Origin: Candidatus Bathyarchaeota archaeon
Lineage (GTDB): Archaea; Thermoproteota; Bathyarchaeia; 40CM-2-53-6; RBG-13-38-9
Direction of reading: 5' to 3'
DNA: 64,000 nucleotides
NCBI GenBank assembly: GCA_963807605.1
Contig: CAWECG010000001.1
Span: 192,001 to 256,000 of the forward strand
Shown in pieces: positions 10,482 to 21,231 of this stretch; positions within the stretch are counted from its first letter, which is position 1, and each line of letters starts with the position of its first letter. The notes beneath the pieces are model-generated. The model did no database searches. It was not told the origin of the DNA and worked only from the letters and a program-made list of their open reading frames with translations. The position numbers and the translations under genes are program-made.

Positions 10482-10607
10482 GTTAGACTGGCCAGCCTCT
10501 CACAACGCGCTCAAACTCACTCGAGTAGTGTTTGAGAGTCAGTTAGCTTCATATCCAAGTAACTCATCAGCATAGAAGCCATTACTGCAGACAAGGATGT
10601 CGAACAA

Positions 10608-10973
10608 TTGGAAGAGGAAAGAGAGATACCCCCAGAGCTTAAAGAACAGCTTGTAAGGCTTCAACAACTACAACAAACTCTTCAGGCCGTCGTAACTCAA
10701 AAACAGCAACTTGAGCTTGAGAGGACCGAGAATGAGAAAGCTATGTCGGAGCTTGAGAAGGTAACGGATGATACGCCTGTCTACAAGAGTCTGGGTACCA
10801 TATTGGTGAAATCTGATCGGCAAAAGCTGTTGGGTGAACTTAAGGAGAGAAACGAACTAACAGATACTCGGATCACAGTTCTCGGGAAACAGGAAGAGCG
10901 AACGAGAACTCGGCTCAAAGAGCTTCAACAGAAGCTTCAGGAGAGGCTGGGTCCCCCATCGGAGCCTAAGTAA
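10608..10973 (+). CDS. pfdB: Prefoldin beta subunit
   Basis: QLQQLQQ.LQ...QKQQLE, VYKSLGTILVK. Confidence 0.96.
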   Translation: MEEEREIPPELKEQLVRLQQLQQTLQAVVTQKQQLELERTENEKAMSELEKVTDDTPVYKSLGTILVKSDRQKLLGELKERNELTDTRITVLGKQEERTRTRLKELQQKLQERLGPPSEPK

Positions 10974-11209
10974 AGCTATTCCATTATTTTTCAAAGATCC
11001 ACGACCCGCCTCGGTAACGACTTCAGCACAACAATCTCTGACGGGATCCGACATCTTTTCATTGCGATCCGGACTGTCAAGATGAGCTATAATTTCAGAT
11101 GTCAAGACTCTTGGTTAATTCAACCCTGCGTTATCATTTTTTGAAATTATTGCACAAACCTACAATGTAGTCTCAAGGACAGTTTGCAAAACTGCTGAGG
11201 AACTGATCT

Positions 11210-12307
11210 ATGTATCAAGTTTCCGAGCTTCGATATATGGTCAAAAGGGCCAGAAAGATTACAATTCTGACGCACAGGAATGGTGATCCTGACGCTATCT
11301 GCTCTGCCTTCGCTCTCAAGAGACTGCTAAAGAGTCTGAATCCTAGACTGGAAGTTGTTGTAGGAACGCCTGAAGGAGTCAATAAACTCTCCGAAAAGAT
11401 CCTCAGCCGATTTGGAGTGACGGTCGAGTCGAATCCCCAACTTCAGGATCTCGACATAATATTCATGGTGGATACTAACAGTCTACTACAACTAGGAAAA
11501 CTGGGGACTACTGTTGAGTCTCTTGGAAAACCGGTTGCAATCATCGATCATCATTATCCAAACGAATCAATCAAAAGATTCCCCCACATCGAATATTGCA
11601 ACGAAAAATCGCCCTCCACCTGCGAGATAGTCTATGAACTTTACAGACAGTCAAAAAAAGAATGTCCCCGGCAAGAAGCTTCAATGCTCCTTGTTGGAAT
11701 CGTATGTGAGACTAGACATCTCAGACTGGCGACATCTAAAACTCTTCTCGTCGTAGCTGAGCTAATTGAGCGAGGAGCCCAGATTGAAGAACTCTCCCCC
11801 CTTCTCGAGGTCCCAATGGACGATTCGGAAAGGATGGCAAGACTCAAGGCTGCACAGAGATGCAACACGCTTCGTCTAGGAAAATGGATCGTTGTGACTT
11901 CAAAGGTTGGATCGCATCAAGCCTCCGCTGCGCGAGCTCTTATAATGCTTGGCGCCGACTTGGCTACAGTAGGAGGGGACGACAAAGACCGGCTTAAGCT
12001 GAGTCTTCGTTCAACGAAAGAATTCCACCAAGCGACTGGAATCCACCTTGGAAGGGATCTCGCTAGGCCATTAGGTGAATACTTTGACGGGAGCGGGGGC
12101 GGTCACTCTCTTGCAGCCGGAGTCAGCTGTTCGGGAAGACTAGAACCTGCTTTAGAGAAATGCGTAGATTTCATCAGGGATTTGATGAGGAACGACCAGA
12201 AACCCACACGAATCCGTTGCCATGCTGAAGAAGAGATAACACAGTCCACGGCCTCAGAAACCCGATCCCTCGAGTGCAAAAGAAATGACAATAATCAACA
12301 TGCATGA
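11210..12307 (+). CDS. DHH/DHHA1 phosphoesterase
   Basis: HRNGDPDA, VDT, IDHH, SLRS, GGGH..AAG. Confidence 0.93.
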   Translation: MYQVSELRYMVKRARKITILTHRNGDPDAICSAFALKRLLKSLNPRLEVVVGTPEGVNKLSEKILSRFGVTVESNPQLQDLDIIFMVDTNSLLQLGKLGTTVESLGKPVAIIDHHYPNESIKRFPHIEYCNEKSPSTCEIVYELYRQSKKECPRQEASMLLVGIVCETRHLRLATSKTLLVVAELIERGAQIEELSPLLEVPMDDSERMARLKAAQRCNTLRLGKWIVVTSKVGSHQASAARALIMLGADLATVGGDDKDRLKLSLRSTKEFHQATGIHLGRDLARPLGEYFDGSGGGHSLAAGVSCSGRLEPALEKCVDFIRDLMRNDQKPTRIRCHAEEEITQSTASETRSLECKRNDNNQHA

Positions 12308-13130
12308 TCTGACTTTCACTTATGCAGGGTCAACGAGGCCTGCAATCGAGAATGTGAACCTGTCCGTGGAAAGGGGAGAATTTGTTGTGCTCACAGGACC
12401 AAGTGGCTGTGGAAAGACCACTCTGGCACGATGCCTGAACGCCCTCATACCAAGCTTCTACCAAGGTGAGATGTCAGGCACGACATCAGTCTTAGATATT
12501 GATATCTCGAAGTCAAGCACAAGCGAGCTTGCAAGGAAAGTAGGGTTCGTCTTTCAAAATCCTGAAAATCAGTTATTCTCACTATCAGTTGAACGTGATG
12601 TAGCGTTCGGCCCTGAGAATCTAGGGCTCCCGAGAGAAGAGACCCGAAGGCGGGTTGAATGGGCCATGACAGCGGCTGGCGTAGCTGAGTTCCGAGAAGC
12701 CGCTCCATACGAGCTCTCAGGAGGACAACAGCAGCGGGTAGCCATAGCAGCTGTCTTGGCAATGAAGCCTGAGATAATAGTCCTAGATGAGCCTACCTCA
12801 TTCCTAGACCCGCGCTCTGCATCTCAAATACTTGAGGCTATAGCTAAGTTGAGAGATGAGGTCGGCGTAACGATAATCCTGATAGAACATAGACTCGATT
12901 TGGTCTCAAAGTACGCTACTCGGATTCTAATAATGGATCGCGGCAGAATAATTCTTGAAGGATCGCCGTCAAGGGTCTTCAGTGAAGAAGTCGAGCTGAT
13001 AGGGGTTGGGATACCCAAGGTCTCCATGCTCTTCAATCTCCTGAAGAAGGATGGTTTCAACCTGGGCGCAATTCCAGTCACCGTCGATGAGGCATCCCAA
13101 AGAATACGGAGATATCTTACCCATGATTGA
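12285..13130 (+). CDS. ECF transporter ATPase (EcfA)
   Basis: GPSGCGKTT, FQNPENQ, LSGGQQQR, LDEPT. Confidence 0.93.
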   Translation: MTIINMHDLTFTYAGSTRPAIENVNLSVERGEFVVLTGPSGCGKTTLARCLNALIPSFYQGEMSGTTSVLDIDISKSSTSELARKVGFVFQNPENQLFSLSVERDVAFGPENLGLPREETRRRVEWAMTAAGVAEFREAAPYELSGGQQQRVAIAAVLAMKPEIIVLDEPTSFLDPRSASQILEAIAKLRDEVGVTIILIEHRLDLVSKYATRILIMDRGRIILEGSPSRVFSEEVELIGVGIPKVSMLFNLLKKDGFNLGAIPVTVDEASQRIRRYLTHD

Positions 13131-13953
13131 AGTCAAAGACCTTCACTTCGAATACGACGGAAAAGAGGTTCTGCACAACGTCAATCTTAGGGTAACGGAC
13201 GGCGAGTTTGTAGCCATAATGGGAGAGAACGGCGCGGGAAAGACCACACTCGTGAAACACTTCAACGGCCTGCTTAAGCCAACCAGGGGTGAAGTGCTGG
13301 TCGATGGTCTATCTACAAAGAAATCAACAGTGGCTGCCCTCTCGAGATACGTAGGATTGGTCTTCCAGAATCCCGATCACCAACTCTTTTCTGAGACCGT
13401 ATTCCAAGAGGTTGCCTTTTCACTGATAAATTTCGGCTATCCCGAGGAGACCATTAAAAAGAGGGTGAAGCTTATTCTTGAAACGTTGGACCTCGCTTCC
13501 TACACCGAGGACTCCCCCTTCTTACTGAGCGGAGGCGAGAGGAAGAGGGTTGCCTTGGCCTCAGTTCTGGTCTCCGACCCCAAGTACGTCATCCTTGATG
13601 AACCCACAATCGGACAAGATCATCAACAGAAAGATAAGCTCAGAAACTTCATCATACAGTTGAACTCTCAAGGTAGAACTGTAGTCATCGTAACCCACGA
13701 TGTCGAGTTCGTTGTCGAATGTAGGCCGAGAGTGATTCTTCTCTCAAGAGGATCCATAATCGCCGACAATCCTTATGATGTGATCTTCTCAGACAACGAG
13801 CTGATAGAGAAGGCATCGCTTGCTTCCCCACAGATTGCGATGCTGATGTCATCCCTAGGCGACTTGGGTTTCAGCCCCAGAATCTTGGATATCTACCAAG
13901 CAAAGTCGGTTCTCGAGCAGAGGTTGAGCAATGTTGTCTTTAAGAATCTTTGA
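13123..13953 (+). CDS. ECF transporter ATPase (EcfA')
   Basis: GENGAGKTT, FQNPDHQ, LSGGERKR; ATG 13123 overlaps the upstream gene end. Confidence 0.93.
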   Translation: MIEVKDLHFEYDGKEVLHNVNLRVTDGEFVAIMGENGAGKTTLVKHFNGLLKPTRGEVLVDGLSTKKSTVAALSRYVGLVFQNPDHQLFSETVFQEVAFSLINFGYPEETIKKRVKLILETLDLASYTEDSPFLLSGGERKRVALASVLVSDPKYVILDEPTIGQDHQQKDKLRNFIIQLNSQGRTVVIVTHDVEFVVECRPRVILLSRGSIIADNPYDVIFSDNELIEKASLASPQIAMLMSSLGDLGFSPRILDIYQAKSVLEQRLSNVVFKNL

Positions 13954-14734
13954 AGGATTCAGGTTCAAGCACAGCGCCACGCCAATCCACCGAATGGACC
14001 CGAGACCGAAATTTCTGATAGCCTTGACTATTTTCGCCCTGTCCCTTGCATTCATGAACATCATCGTCCTTCTGTTTCTCTTTGCAGGGCAACTCCCACT
14101 GGTCTACGTCGCCAAATCAGTGCGTCGATGGTTCAACTCAATAAAAGGAAGCACGCTCCTAGGAGCACTCATATTCGTTATGAATTTTATTACTGGATCA
14201 ACATTAGTCTTCTCAGCAACTATGAGTGTGAGATTCCTCGTTCTGGTTTCAGCCTTCTCTTTATTCTTCATGACTACCTCCCCGGACGATCTGGGGTTGG
14301 CCCTTGAGAAGGCGAGGCTGCCATACGCCTTGAGCTTCACCTTCACAATGGCAGTTAGACTGGTTCCAACGATAGCCCTCGAGGCTCAAACCATAGTTGA
14401 CGCTCAAAGGTCCAGGGGACTAGAGTTAGATAGAGGAAACCTCCTGCAGAGAGTCAGAAAGTATATTCCAATACTCATCCCGCTAATCGTCTCAGCCATA
14501 AGAAGAAGCACAGAATTGGCAGAGGCCTTGGAGTCTAGGGCGTTCGGAGCAGTAAAGAATCGTGAGTCCCTAGTAACCCTCAGAATGAAGCCGATCGACT
14601 ACATAGCAGGTATAATGGCAGTTGCCATTCTCGTGATAGGAATCTATGCTCAATTCTCAATCGCGATTCCAAATCTCGATACTGGAATAAAGATGCGGGC
14701 TCTATGGAGCTGCCTAGGTCTTCTTGGCCGATAA
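13931..14734 (+). CDS. ECF transporter transmembrane T component
   Basis: HRMDPRPK, AQRSRG and ALESRAF motifs. Confidence 0.93.
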   Translation: MLSLRIFEGFRFKHSATPIHRMDPRPKFLIALTIFALSLAFMNIIVLLFLFAGQLPLVYVAKSVRRWFNSIKGSTLLGALIFVMNFITGSTLVFSATMSVRFLVLVSAFSLFFMTTSPDDLGLALEKARLPYALSFTFTMAVRLVPTIALEAQTIVDAQRSRGLELDRGNLLQRVRKYIPILIPLIVSAIRRSTELAEALESRAFGAVKNRESLVTLRMKPIDYIAGIMAVAILVIGIYAQFSIAIPNLDTGIKMRALWSCLGLLGR

Positions 14735-14926
14735 AATGAATTGTTCAAATACCGATTTACGATCACTCAGCATTTACAGAAATAGTCATGCGTCAGTCAA
14801 ATCAGATATTCATGAGACTCCTCAATAAGTCGAAGGAAGCTCAAGCTTCAAATCCTAAACTCTGACCAGAATAGTCCGGTTGAAGGAGGAATATCAATAA
14901 ATCACTCAGAATCCGGTGACGGTCTA

Positions 14927-15562
14927 TTGGGTAAGTTAGATGCATCCAGTTTCGCAGACAAGATCTTGGCAGCTTCGAGTCTTGCCTCTGAGGGGTCCGA
15001 AGGAGAAATTGAGTTTGCCTTCACGGACAAGGTAATGAGAGATCCCTCGGCAAAAGTAAAGATCCTTAACTATACTAAAGAGCATTCACGTGAGGGATTC
15101 GCATTCGATGACTATGTAAGTGTAAAGGCTGGCTCATCAAATCGCCACTCAGGCAGAGCACCTCTTGTGACGAGCGGCTCAGTCAAACCGGCCGAAGAGA
15201 AGGTTAGAGGCCTTCTAACTTTCATTTCATCGATTGGTAGGTTGGAGGATCTTGTGGAGTACGTTACGGTTGCTGTTAAACCTAAAGGGACAACGATGTT
15301 CTACACACAGTCCAGAGAGTCTAAAGATATGGATCCTCTCTTGAGGGAGCGTCTCAAGCAACTCGAGTCAAAATGGGCGGAGCTACCGGAGTTCGCCAGA
15401 CAACTACTTACTGCCACATTCCTAATCGAGAATGACAACTCCTATGAGATAGAAGTGGAAAGAGTGGATGGACCGTTTACAGGAAAAGAAGGCCGAGCGA
15501 AGGAGATTGTAGCTGCGGTTTTTCAGTCAAGATTGAAGCTCGTCAGAAGCTTCACAAAATGA
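14927..15562 (+). CDS. Hypothetical protein
   Basis: 211-aa ORF with GGTGA SD; no family recognised. Confidence 0.7.
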   Translation: MGKLDASSFADKILAASSLASEGSEGEIEFAFTDKVMRDPSAKVKILNYTKEHSREGFAFDDYVSVKAGSSNRHSGRAPLVTSGSVKPAEEKVRGLLTFISSIGRLEDLVEYVTVAVKPKGTTMFYTQSRESKDMDPLLRERLKQLESKWAELPEFARQLLTATFLIENDNSYEIEVERVDGPFTGKEGRAKEIVAAVFQSRLKLVRSFTK

Positions 15563-15765
15563 ACTGAGTCCCCTTATGAAATACGCTAGGCGCTGCAGAC
15601 TCTCGTGTTATCATACGGGAAAGAATCTTGAAGACGCCAGAGATGATCGTCCATTCATGGGCTGCTGATTCCTCTGATTAGCTCTCTTTCACTTGATCTT
15701 ATAGGTGACAAAATCGAAACCATCTACGTCTTAAGACGTTGATGCTCGGGGATTGGCGAGAAGAC

Positions 15766-16446
15766 ATGATAAGGGTAATTGTGGATGAAAGGGAGAGATC
15801 GCAAGTTCCCGCAAGACTCAGAGAATTGGGTTTGACTTTAGATTTCAGATTGCTCGAGGAGGGTGACTATGTCATGGCTGGATACGCAATCGAAAGGAAG
15901 ACTGTGCGAGACTTTCTCTCGTCTTTGTATTCGGGAAGACTCTTTGATCAAGCCTACCGGTTGGGACAAGCTTATCGTTTCCCACTAATGATTGTTGAGG
16001 GCGATTATCACTCGATTCTCAACGAGATGAGAAATCCCAGAGTATTCTGGGGAGCCTTGGCGACTCTCTCCTTTGGATATGGCCTAAGAATCTTCTTCAC
16101 GTGGAATGCAAAACAAACAGCCGATCTGATAGGAATCCTCGCCAGACATCTGCCTAAGATTAGGTCGCGTCCACCAGCTGTTGTTAGAAAGCCGAGGTCT
16201 AATAGAATGCGTGAGGGGCAAGCTGCCCTTATCCAAGGGCTACCAGGGGTTGGATCTAGGTTAGCGGAACAACTTCTGAAGCGTTTTGGTACTCCACGAA
16301 GGGTATTGTTAGCTACAGAAGCCGAGCTCAGTCTTAGGGGCGGCTTAGGAAGGGCTAAGGCAACTAAGATAAAGTTTCTTCTTGATACGGACTACAATGC
16401 CTTAGATGAGTCTAAGCAATTGAGGCTGTCTGAGGCCAGACCGTAA
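15766..16446 (+). CDS. xpf: XPF/ERCC4 structure-specific endonuclease (nuclease + HhH2)
   Basis: VIVDERE, GDY...IERKT..DF..S...GRLFDQ, LPGVG. Confidence 0.93.
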   Translation: MIRVIVDERERSQVPARLRELGLTLDFRLLEEGDYVMAGYAIERKTVRDFLSSLYSGRLFDQAYRLGQAYRFPLMIVEGDYHSILNEMRNPRVFWGALATLSFGYGLRIFFTWNAKQTADLIGILARHLPKIRSRPPAVVRKPRSNRMREGQAALIQGLPGVGSRLAEQLLKRFGTPRRVLLATEAELSLRGGLGRAKATKIKFLLDTDYNALDESKQLRLSEARP

Positions 16447-16492
16447 CCATAAAAAGAGCTACGTGAAGTCTTACAGGGGGGTTGCCAGTAGA

Positions 16493-17092
16493 ATGACGCT
16501 CAAGACGTTCAGCGCGGCTTGCTACCAGATCACTAAAGGCGTTGAGAGGACTTTATCGAGGATATCCCAGCGCCAGGTTGAGGGGATGATCAACATGATG
16601 CTCTGGGCTAAGTTCCGGCGTATCCTTGTGATAGGTGTCGGTCGAAGCGGCCTCATAGGCAGAGCCTTTGCCATGAGATTGATGCATCTCGACTTTGATG
16701 TCTACGTTATGGGTGAGACCATTACCCCGGCAATAGGTAAAGGAGATTTGATAATCGCAATATCAGGTTCAGGAACAACGAAGCTTGCGGTGACGGCTGC
16801 TGAGATTGGAAAGGAGGTTGGTGCGAAGATAATCGCGGTCACTTCCCACCCCAACTCGGACCTGGGAAAGATAGCTGACCACCTTGTCCAGATTAGAGGT
16901 CGAACGAAGATCGCTAAAGAGAGAGACTACTTTCTTCGTCAGCTAACGGGTGTTCACGAGCCCTTAGCTCCGCTCGGGACGATATTCGAGCTTAGCGCAA
17001 TGGTCTTTTTCGACAGTTTAATTGCGGAACTGATTGAAAGATTAGGAAAGAGTGAGAGTGAACTCCGGAGAAAACACGCAACTATAGAGTAA
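16493..17092 (+). CDS. hxlB: 6-phospho-3-hexuloisomerase (SIS domain)
   Basis: GVGRSG, AFAMRLMHL, GETITP, ISGSGTT, APLGTIFE, HATIE. Confidence 0.95.
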   Translation: MTLKTFSAACYQITKGVERTLSRISQRQVEGMINMMLWAKFRRILVIGVGRSGLIGRAFAMRLMHLDFDVYVMGETITPAIGKGDLIIAISGSGTTKLAVTAAEIGKEVGAKIIAVTSHPNSDLGKIADHLVQIRGRTKIAKERDYFLRQLTGVHEPLAPLGTIFELSAMVFFDSLIAELIERLGKSESELRRKHATIE

Positions 17093-17116
17093 GTAGATCT
17101 CGTCACCAAGCACAGT

Positions 17117-17803
17117 TTACTTTTTCTCAACGAGTTCAGCAAAGCCGTCCTCTAGGTGGCCTCTATCTCCAAGCCAGATCTTATGAAAATCCCTAACGAC
17201 TAACCTTTTCTTGAATAAGGGACCGTCGAGCACGAAGGTCTCGTACTCTCCTCCCTCGCCCGAGAGATTCACCCCGTACTTGTCTCTCAAGAGAATTAAC
17301 TCTTTGATTGCCTCTTGGTCAAGTTTCCTGCCAAGCCATTTCTGGCCTAGACCTAAAGCTGCTACCGCAACTATTACCGGGTTAAGCCCTGACATCAATT
17401 GATCATGGAGAAGCTGTAGAGGATCCAGCCCCCATAATGGTGTGAAACACTCCATTCCAAGGTATCTCGCCGTCTCCTCTATCCTTTTTTTCTGGTATTG
17501 GCTTGCAATAGCTCCAGCAGCAATCCCGTCTATCCCGAAGCGCTTCTTAACTTCTCCCAGATGTCTTTTGAGTTCGTCCTTTTCTTCTTCTCCCTGCCCC
17601 GTTATGTTATAGGTTAAGATTGGCAGATCCATAGCTTCGGCTTGTAGGGATGTCCATTGAATGCAGGGGTGGTGGAAGAGCCATGATTCATCGCTTCTAG
17701 GGATAAATGTGATCAGGTGCTCGATATCGAAATTCTGTTCTCGGGCCTTCATGATTGTGTAGCAACTGTCTTTTCCGCCGCTGAAGAGGACTCCTACTCG
17801 CAT
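17117..17803 (-). CDS. dph6: Diphthine--ammonia ligase (Dph6)
   Basis: FSGGKDS PP-loop, GAIAS.YQ, PLW, GEGGEYETFVLD. Confidence 0.93.
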   Translation of the reverse strand: MRVGVLFSGGKDSCYTIMKAREQNFDIEHLITFIPRSDESWLFHHPCIQWTSLQAEAMDLPILTYNITGQGEEEKDELKRHLGEVKKRFGIDGIAAGAIASQYQKKRIEETARYLGMECFTPLWGLDPLQLLHDQLMSGLNPVIVAVAALGLGQKWLGRKLDQEAIKELILLRDKYGVNLSGEGGEYETFVLDGPLFKKRLVVRDFHKIWLGDRGHLEDGFAELVEKK

Positions 17804-18076
17804 GATTCATCTTCGCTTTCGGTTGTGCCTGCTGTCTTTATTAGCGCGCGCCCAACCTTCACATCACAATGTGTTGAACCGAACATATTTACTCTTTGAA
17901 GTGTCTGCTATCACTTGTGTTCCGCAGGTGGCTCCATTAGCTGTCGAGCTTACAACGAATATGCAGATAGTCGCGAAGATTTTATCAGTTTCAGTAATAG
18001 GAAAAACAATCCAAACCTATACATTGATGCTCGTAAGATGGACTTGTGAGGATTTCTGTCAAGAAGTGAGAGATAT

Positions 18077-18265
18077 ATGCCACAGATATGCATATTTCAG
18101 ATAGATACGGGAATAAAGGGATCATCTGGAATCTCGATTTGTCCTATTTCGGAGACTGTCGCAGACATCTGGACTGGCAAGCTGAACGTCGATCGGCTGC
18201 TCAAATGTTGCCAATTTTGTCCCTATAGGGTAAACGCTATTCGATTCAAAGAAAGTCCGAGCTAA
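18077..18265 (+). CDS. Small Cys-rich hypothetical protein
   Basis: 62 aa with C, CP and CCQFCP; ORF evidence only. Confidence 0.4.
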   Translation: MPQICIFQIDTGIKGSSGISICPISETVADIWTGKLNVDRLLKCCQFCPYRVNAIRFKESPS

Positions 18266-18623
18266 GCCATGTTTCAGAGGGAACGTCTTCAAAGAGTTCT
18301 CCCCATTTTTTTTGACGTGTGATTATAACGTCTCCGAGCTGGTGGGCATGAAAGATAATTCGAAGAAACGCGCGCGCTTCCTGAACACCTAATCCACTAG
18401 CGCCCATGCTCGTAACTGTACTGTCTGTCTTCACAGTAGAATCCCACATTGGGATGGCAGGCCATATGCATTATCCTACGGGCGAACGCTCCGCAGACTT
18501 TTTGCGTGCACAACAGAAAGTCAAAAGCCTCGAGGTAACGTCTCACTGAAAAGACAAACTATAAAAGTTTACATGATCTTTTGGAGCTAGCCTTTAGCAA
18601 ATTTAGGACTGGAGTAAATAGAG

Positions 18624-20841
18624 ATGCCGCATTACAAGTCAACTGCAGAGATAATGAAGATAATACAACACAAGGATCAGATCCGAAAGATCTAGGCAAC
18701 ATTTGCCTAGTCCGGAATATATTGGTATTATCGCCCATGTTGATCATGGCAAGACTACCATGTCTGATTCCTTGTTAGCCTCCTCCGGTTTACTTTCTCC
18801 ATCCGTAGCCGGAAGTGCCTTGGCTCTTGACTATATGGAGGAGGAACAGAAAAGACAGATGACTATCAAAGCTGCTAACGTCAGTCTCCTGCATGAAAAG
18901 GACGGAGTTTCCTACGTCATTAACCTCATCGATACACCGGGACACGTCGACTTCTCAGGTAGAGTAACAAGATCTCTGAGGGCGATCGACGGCGCCGTTG
19001 TGGTTGTTGACGCTGTTGAAGAGGTCATGGTCCAAACTGAGACAGTGACGCGGCAGGCCCTTGAAGAGAGGGTTAGACCTGTCCTCTACGTCAACAAGAT
19101 CGACCGGCTCATCAAGGAGCTCAAACTAAGCCCGGAACAGATCGAGGAAAGAATTACCAGAATAATCAGGGATTTCAATCATTTAATTGAGATGTATGCT
19201 GAACCTGAGTTCAAGAACAATTGGAAGATTAGTTTTGCGACCAACACGGTGGCTTTGGGCTCAGCCAAGGATCGTTGGGGTTTCAACTCTGAGATTGCTA
19301 AAAAGAAAGGAATCAAGTTCTCTGACATTGTCGTTGCCTATGAGCAGAATAAGGTTGAGGAGTTGAGGGAGAAGGCTCCGCTTAACGAAGCCATACTGAA
19401 CATGGCTGTCGAGTCGATGGCCCCACCAGATGTTGCCCAAAAATACAGGATCCCAAAGATCTGGAAGGGAGATATCAACAGCGATATCGGCCAGGCGATG
19501 ATGAATTGTGATGACAATGGCCCGGCTGTGATGGCCGTCTCAAACATTGTCGTCGATCCTCAAGCTGGGGTCGTTGCAACGGGTCGTCTCTTCTCCGGAA
19601 CTCTGCGTGAAGGGGATACGGTCCATTTGGTTGGGGCCAAGTCCGACTCTAGGATTCAACAGGTCTGTATATACATGGGTCTTTACAGAGAGATAGTCGG
19701 CGAATTAACGGCTGGAAATATCCCAGCGCTATTAGGGCTTGATGCTGCGAGGGCTGGTGAGACGATCTCCTCGGCAAAAGATGTGGCGCCTTTTGAAGCT
19801 GTCAAGTATGTTACAGAGCCTGTTGTAACGCTGGCTGTCGAGCCGAAGTACAGTAGAGATCTACCAAAGCTTGTTGATACTTTGAGAAAGCTCTCGATCG
19901 AGGATCCTAACTTGGTCACAACGATCAATGAGGAAACTGGGGAGTACCTCATTGCCGGTATGGGCACGCTACACCTTGAGATAGCGACGACCTTGATTCA
20001 AAAGACAGGTCTCCAGATCACTATGTCGAAACCCATCGTCATCTACAGAGAGAGTATCAGGAAGCCTGCAGGCCCAGCCGAGGGTAAGTCGCCTAACAAA
20101 CACAGCCGGATCTACATCGAGATTGAGCCTATGAGTGAAGAAATTGTGAACATGATTAAGACAGGCGAGATCGGCGAGTATATGGACAAATCGGCAATGG
20201 CAAAGATCCTGAGAGAACACGGCTGGGCCCCTGATGAGGCAAAGGGTGTCTGGAGCGTAGATGAGGGTTGCAACATACTCACCGAGGTTACCAAAGGAGC
20301 CCAATTCCTACAAGACGTCAAGGATATGGTCGTCGCTGGTTACAGGTGGGGGATAAAGGAAGGACCATTGGCATATGAGCAGATTAGAGGAGTGAAGGCC
20401 AAGATTGTCGATATCCAACTTCACGAGGATCCGGTTCACAGAGGACCTGCCCAGATAATGCCCATGACAAGGAGAGCCTTCTTTGTCGCCTTCCTCTCCG
20501 CAGAGCCGACACTTCTTGAGCCGATTCAGAGGATGACTGCGAAGGTCGCTCCAGACCTTCTAGGATCAGTGACCAGCGTAATTAGTCAGAAAAGAGGAAA
20601 GGTTGTCTCAGTGGATCAGAAGGAAAACATAGTATACATAGTAGGCGAGATGCCCACCGCTGAGACTTTTGATCTCTCTGAGTCCCTTCGAAGCGCAACC
20701 GCGGGGAGGGCTTTCTGGGGTCTAGAGTTCGCCAGATGGTCTGCTGTTCCAGCGTCATTAATCGGTCAAGTCATTCAAGACATTAGGAAGAGGAAGGGGT
20801 TGCCGCCTGAGCCCCATAAGGCCCAAGACTTCATGGAGTAG
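18624..20841 (+). CDS. fusA: Elongation factor EF-2, two exons (18624-18687 + 18719-20841), 728 aa after splicing
   Basis: Exon 1 MPHYKSTAEIMKIIQHKDQIR joins exon 2 to give RNIGIIAHVDHGKTT; DTPGHVDF, NKID; diphthamide loop HEDPVHRGPAQ. Confidence 0.95.
18688..18718 (+). other. 31-nt bulge-helix-bulge intron in the EF-2 pre-mRNA
   Basis: Central helix TCCG/CGGA, 3-nt bulges AAA and ATA, intron stem GA-CTAGGCAA/TTGCCTAG-TC; canonical cuts restore the frame and the conserved RNIG. Confidence 0.88.
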
Positions 20842-20866
20842 AGACGACCGTAAGATCCCAAGTTTC

Positions 20867-21058
20867 CTAGACGCCAAAGATCCGTCTCAGCGCCCAAATG
20901 ACTATCCCTGCTAGGAAGGCTAGACCAAGCACCATCATGAAGACTAATGCGTAGGTAACTACTCTCCCAAGCAACTTCAGATCCAAATAGCTCTCCTCTC
21001 CTTTCTTATCTTTGTCTTCAGATTTCCTACCGTATCGTCCTGCCAACACCCAGGTCAC
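20867..21058 (-). CDS. Small single-TM membrane protein
   Basis: 63 aa, charged N-terminus and a long hydrophobic helix. Confidence 0.55.
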   Translation of the reverse strand: MTWVLAGRYGRKSEDKDKKGEESYLDLKLLGRVVTYALVFMMVLGLAFLAGIVIWALRRIFGV

Positions 21059-21231
21059 CGGCAGAACCTGTTGGTGTGCTATCGTGCTTTAATTCTTTGG
21101 GGCTGAATCTCAGATCAGTCGCTGATAGACCCGTTCGATGAACTACCCATGCGTTGAACTAGGTTTTCTCGTGAAATACATTGCTAGACAGTTATCATCT
21201 ATTCCCAGTGGAATTGTTTCCTGGGGAGTTG

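Noticed and set aside
18703-18720. EF-2 starting at TTG 18703 (MPSPEY...) as in the ORF track
   Set aside because: The TTG is buried in the intron stem, has no SD, and would discard the EF-2-like N-terminus and conserved RN encoded from ATG 18624
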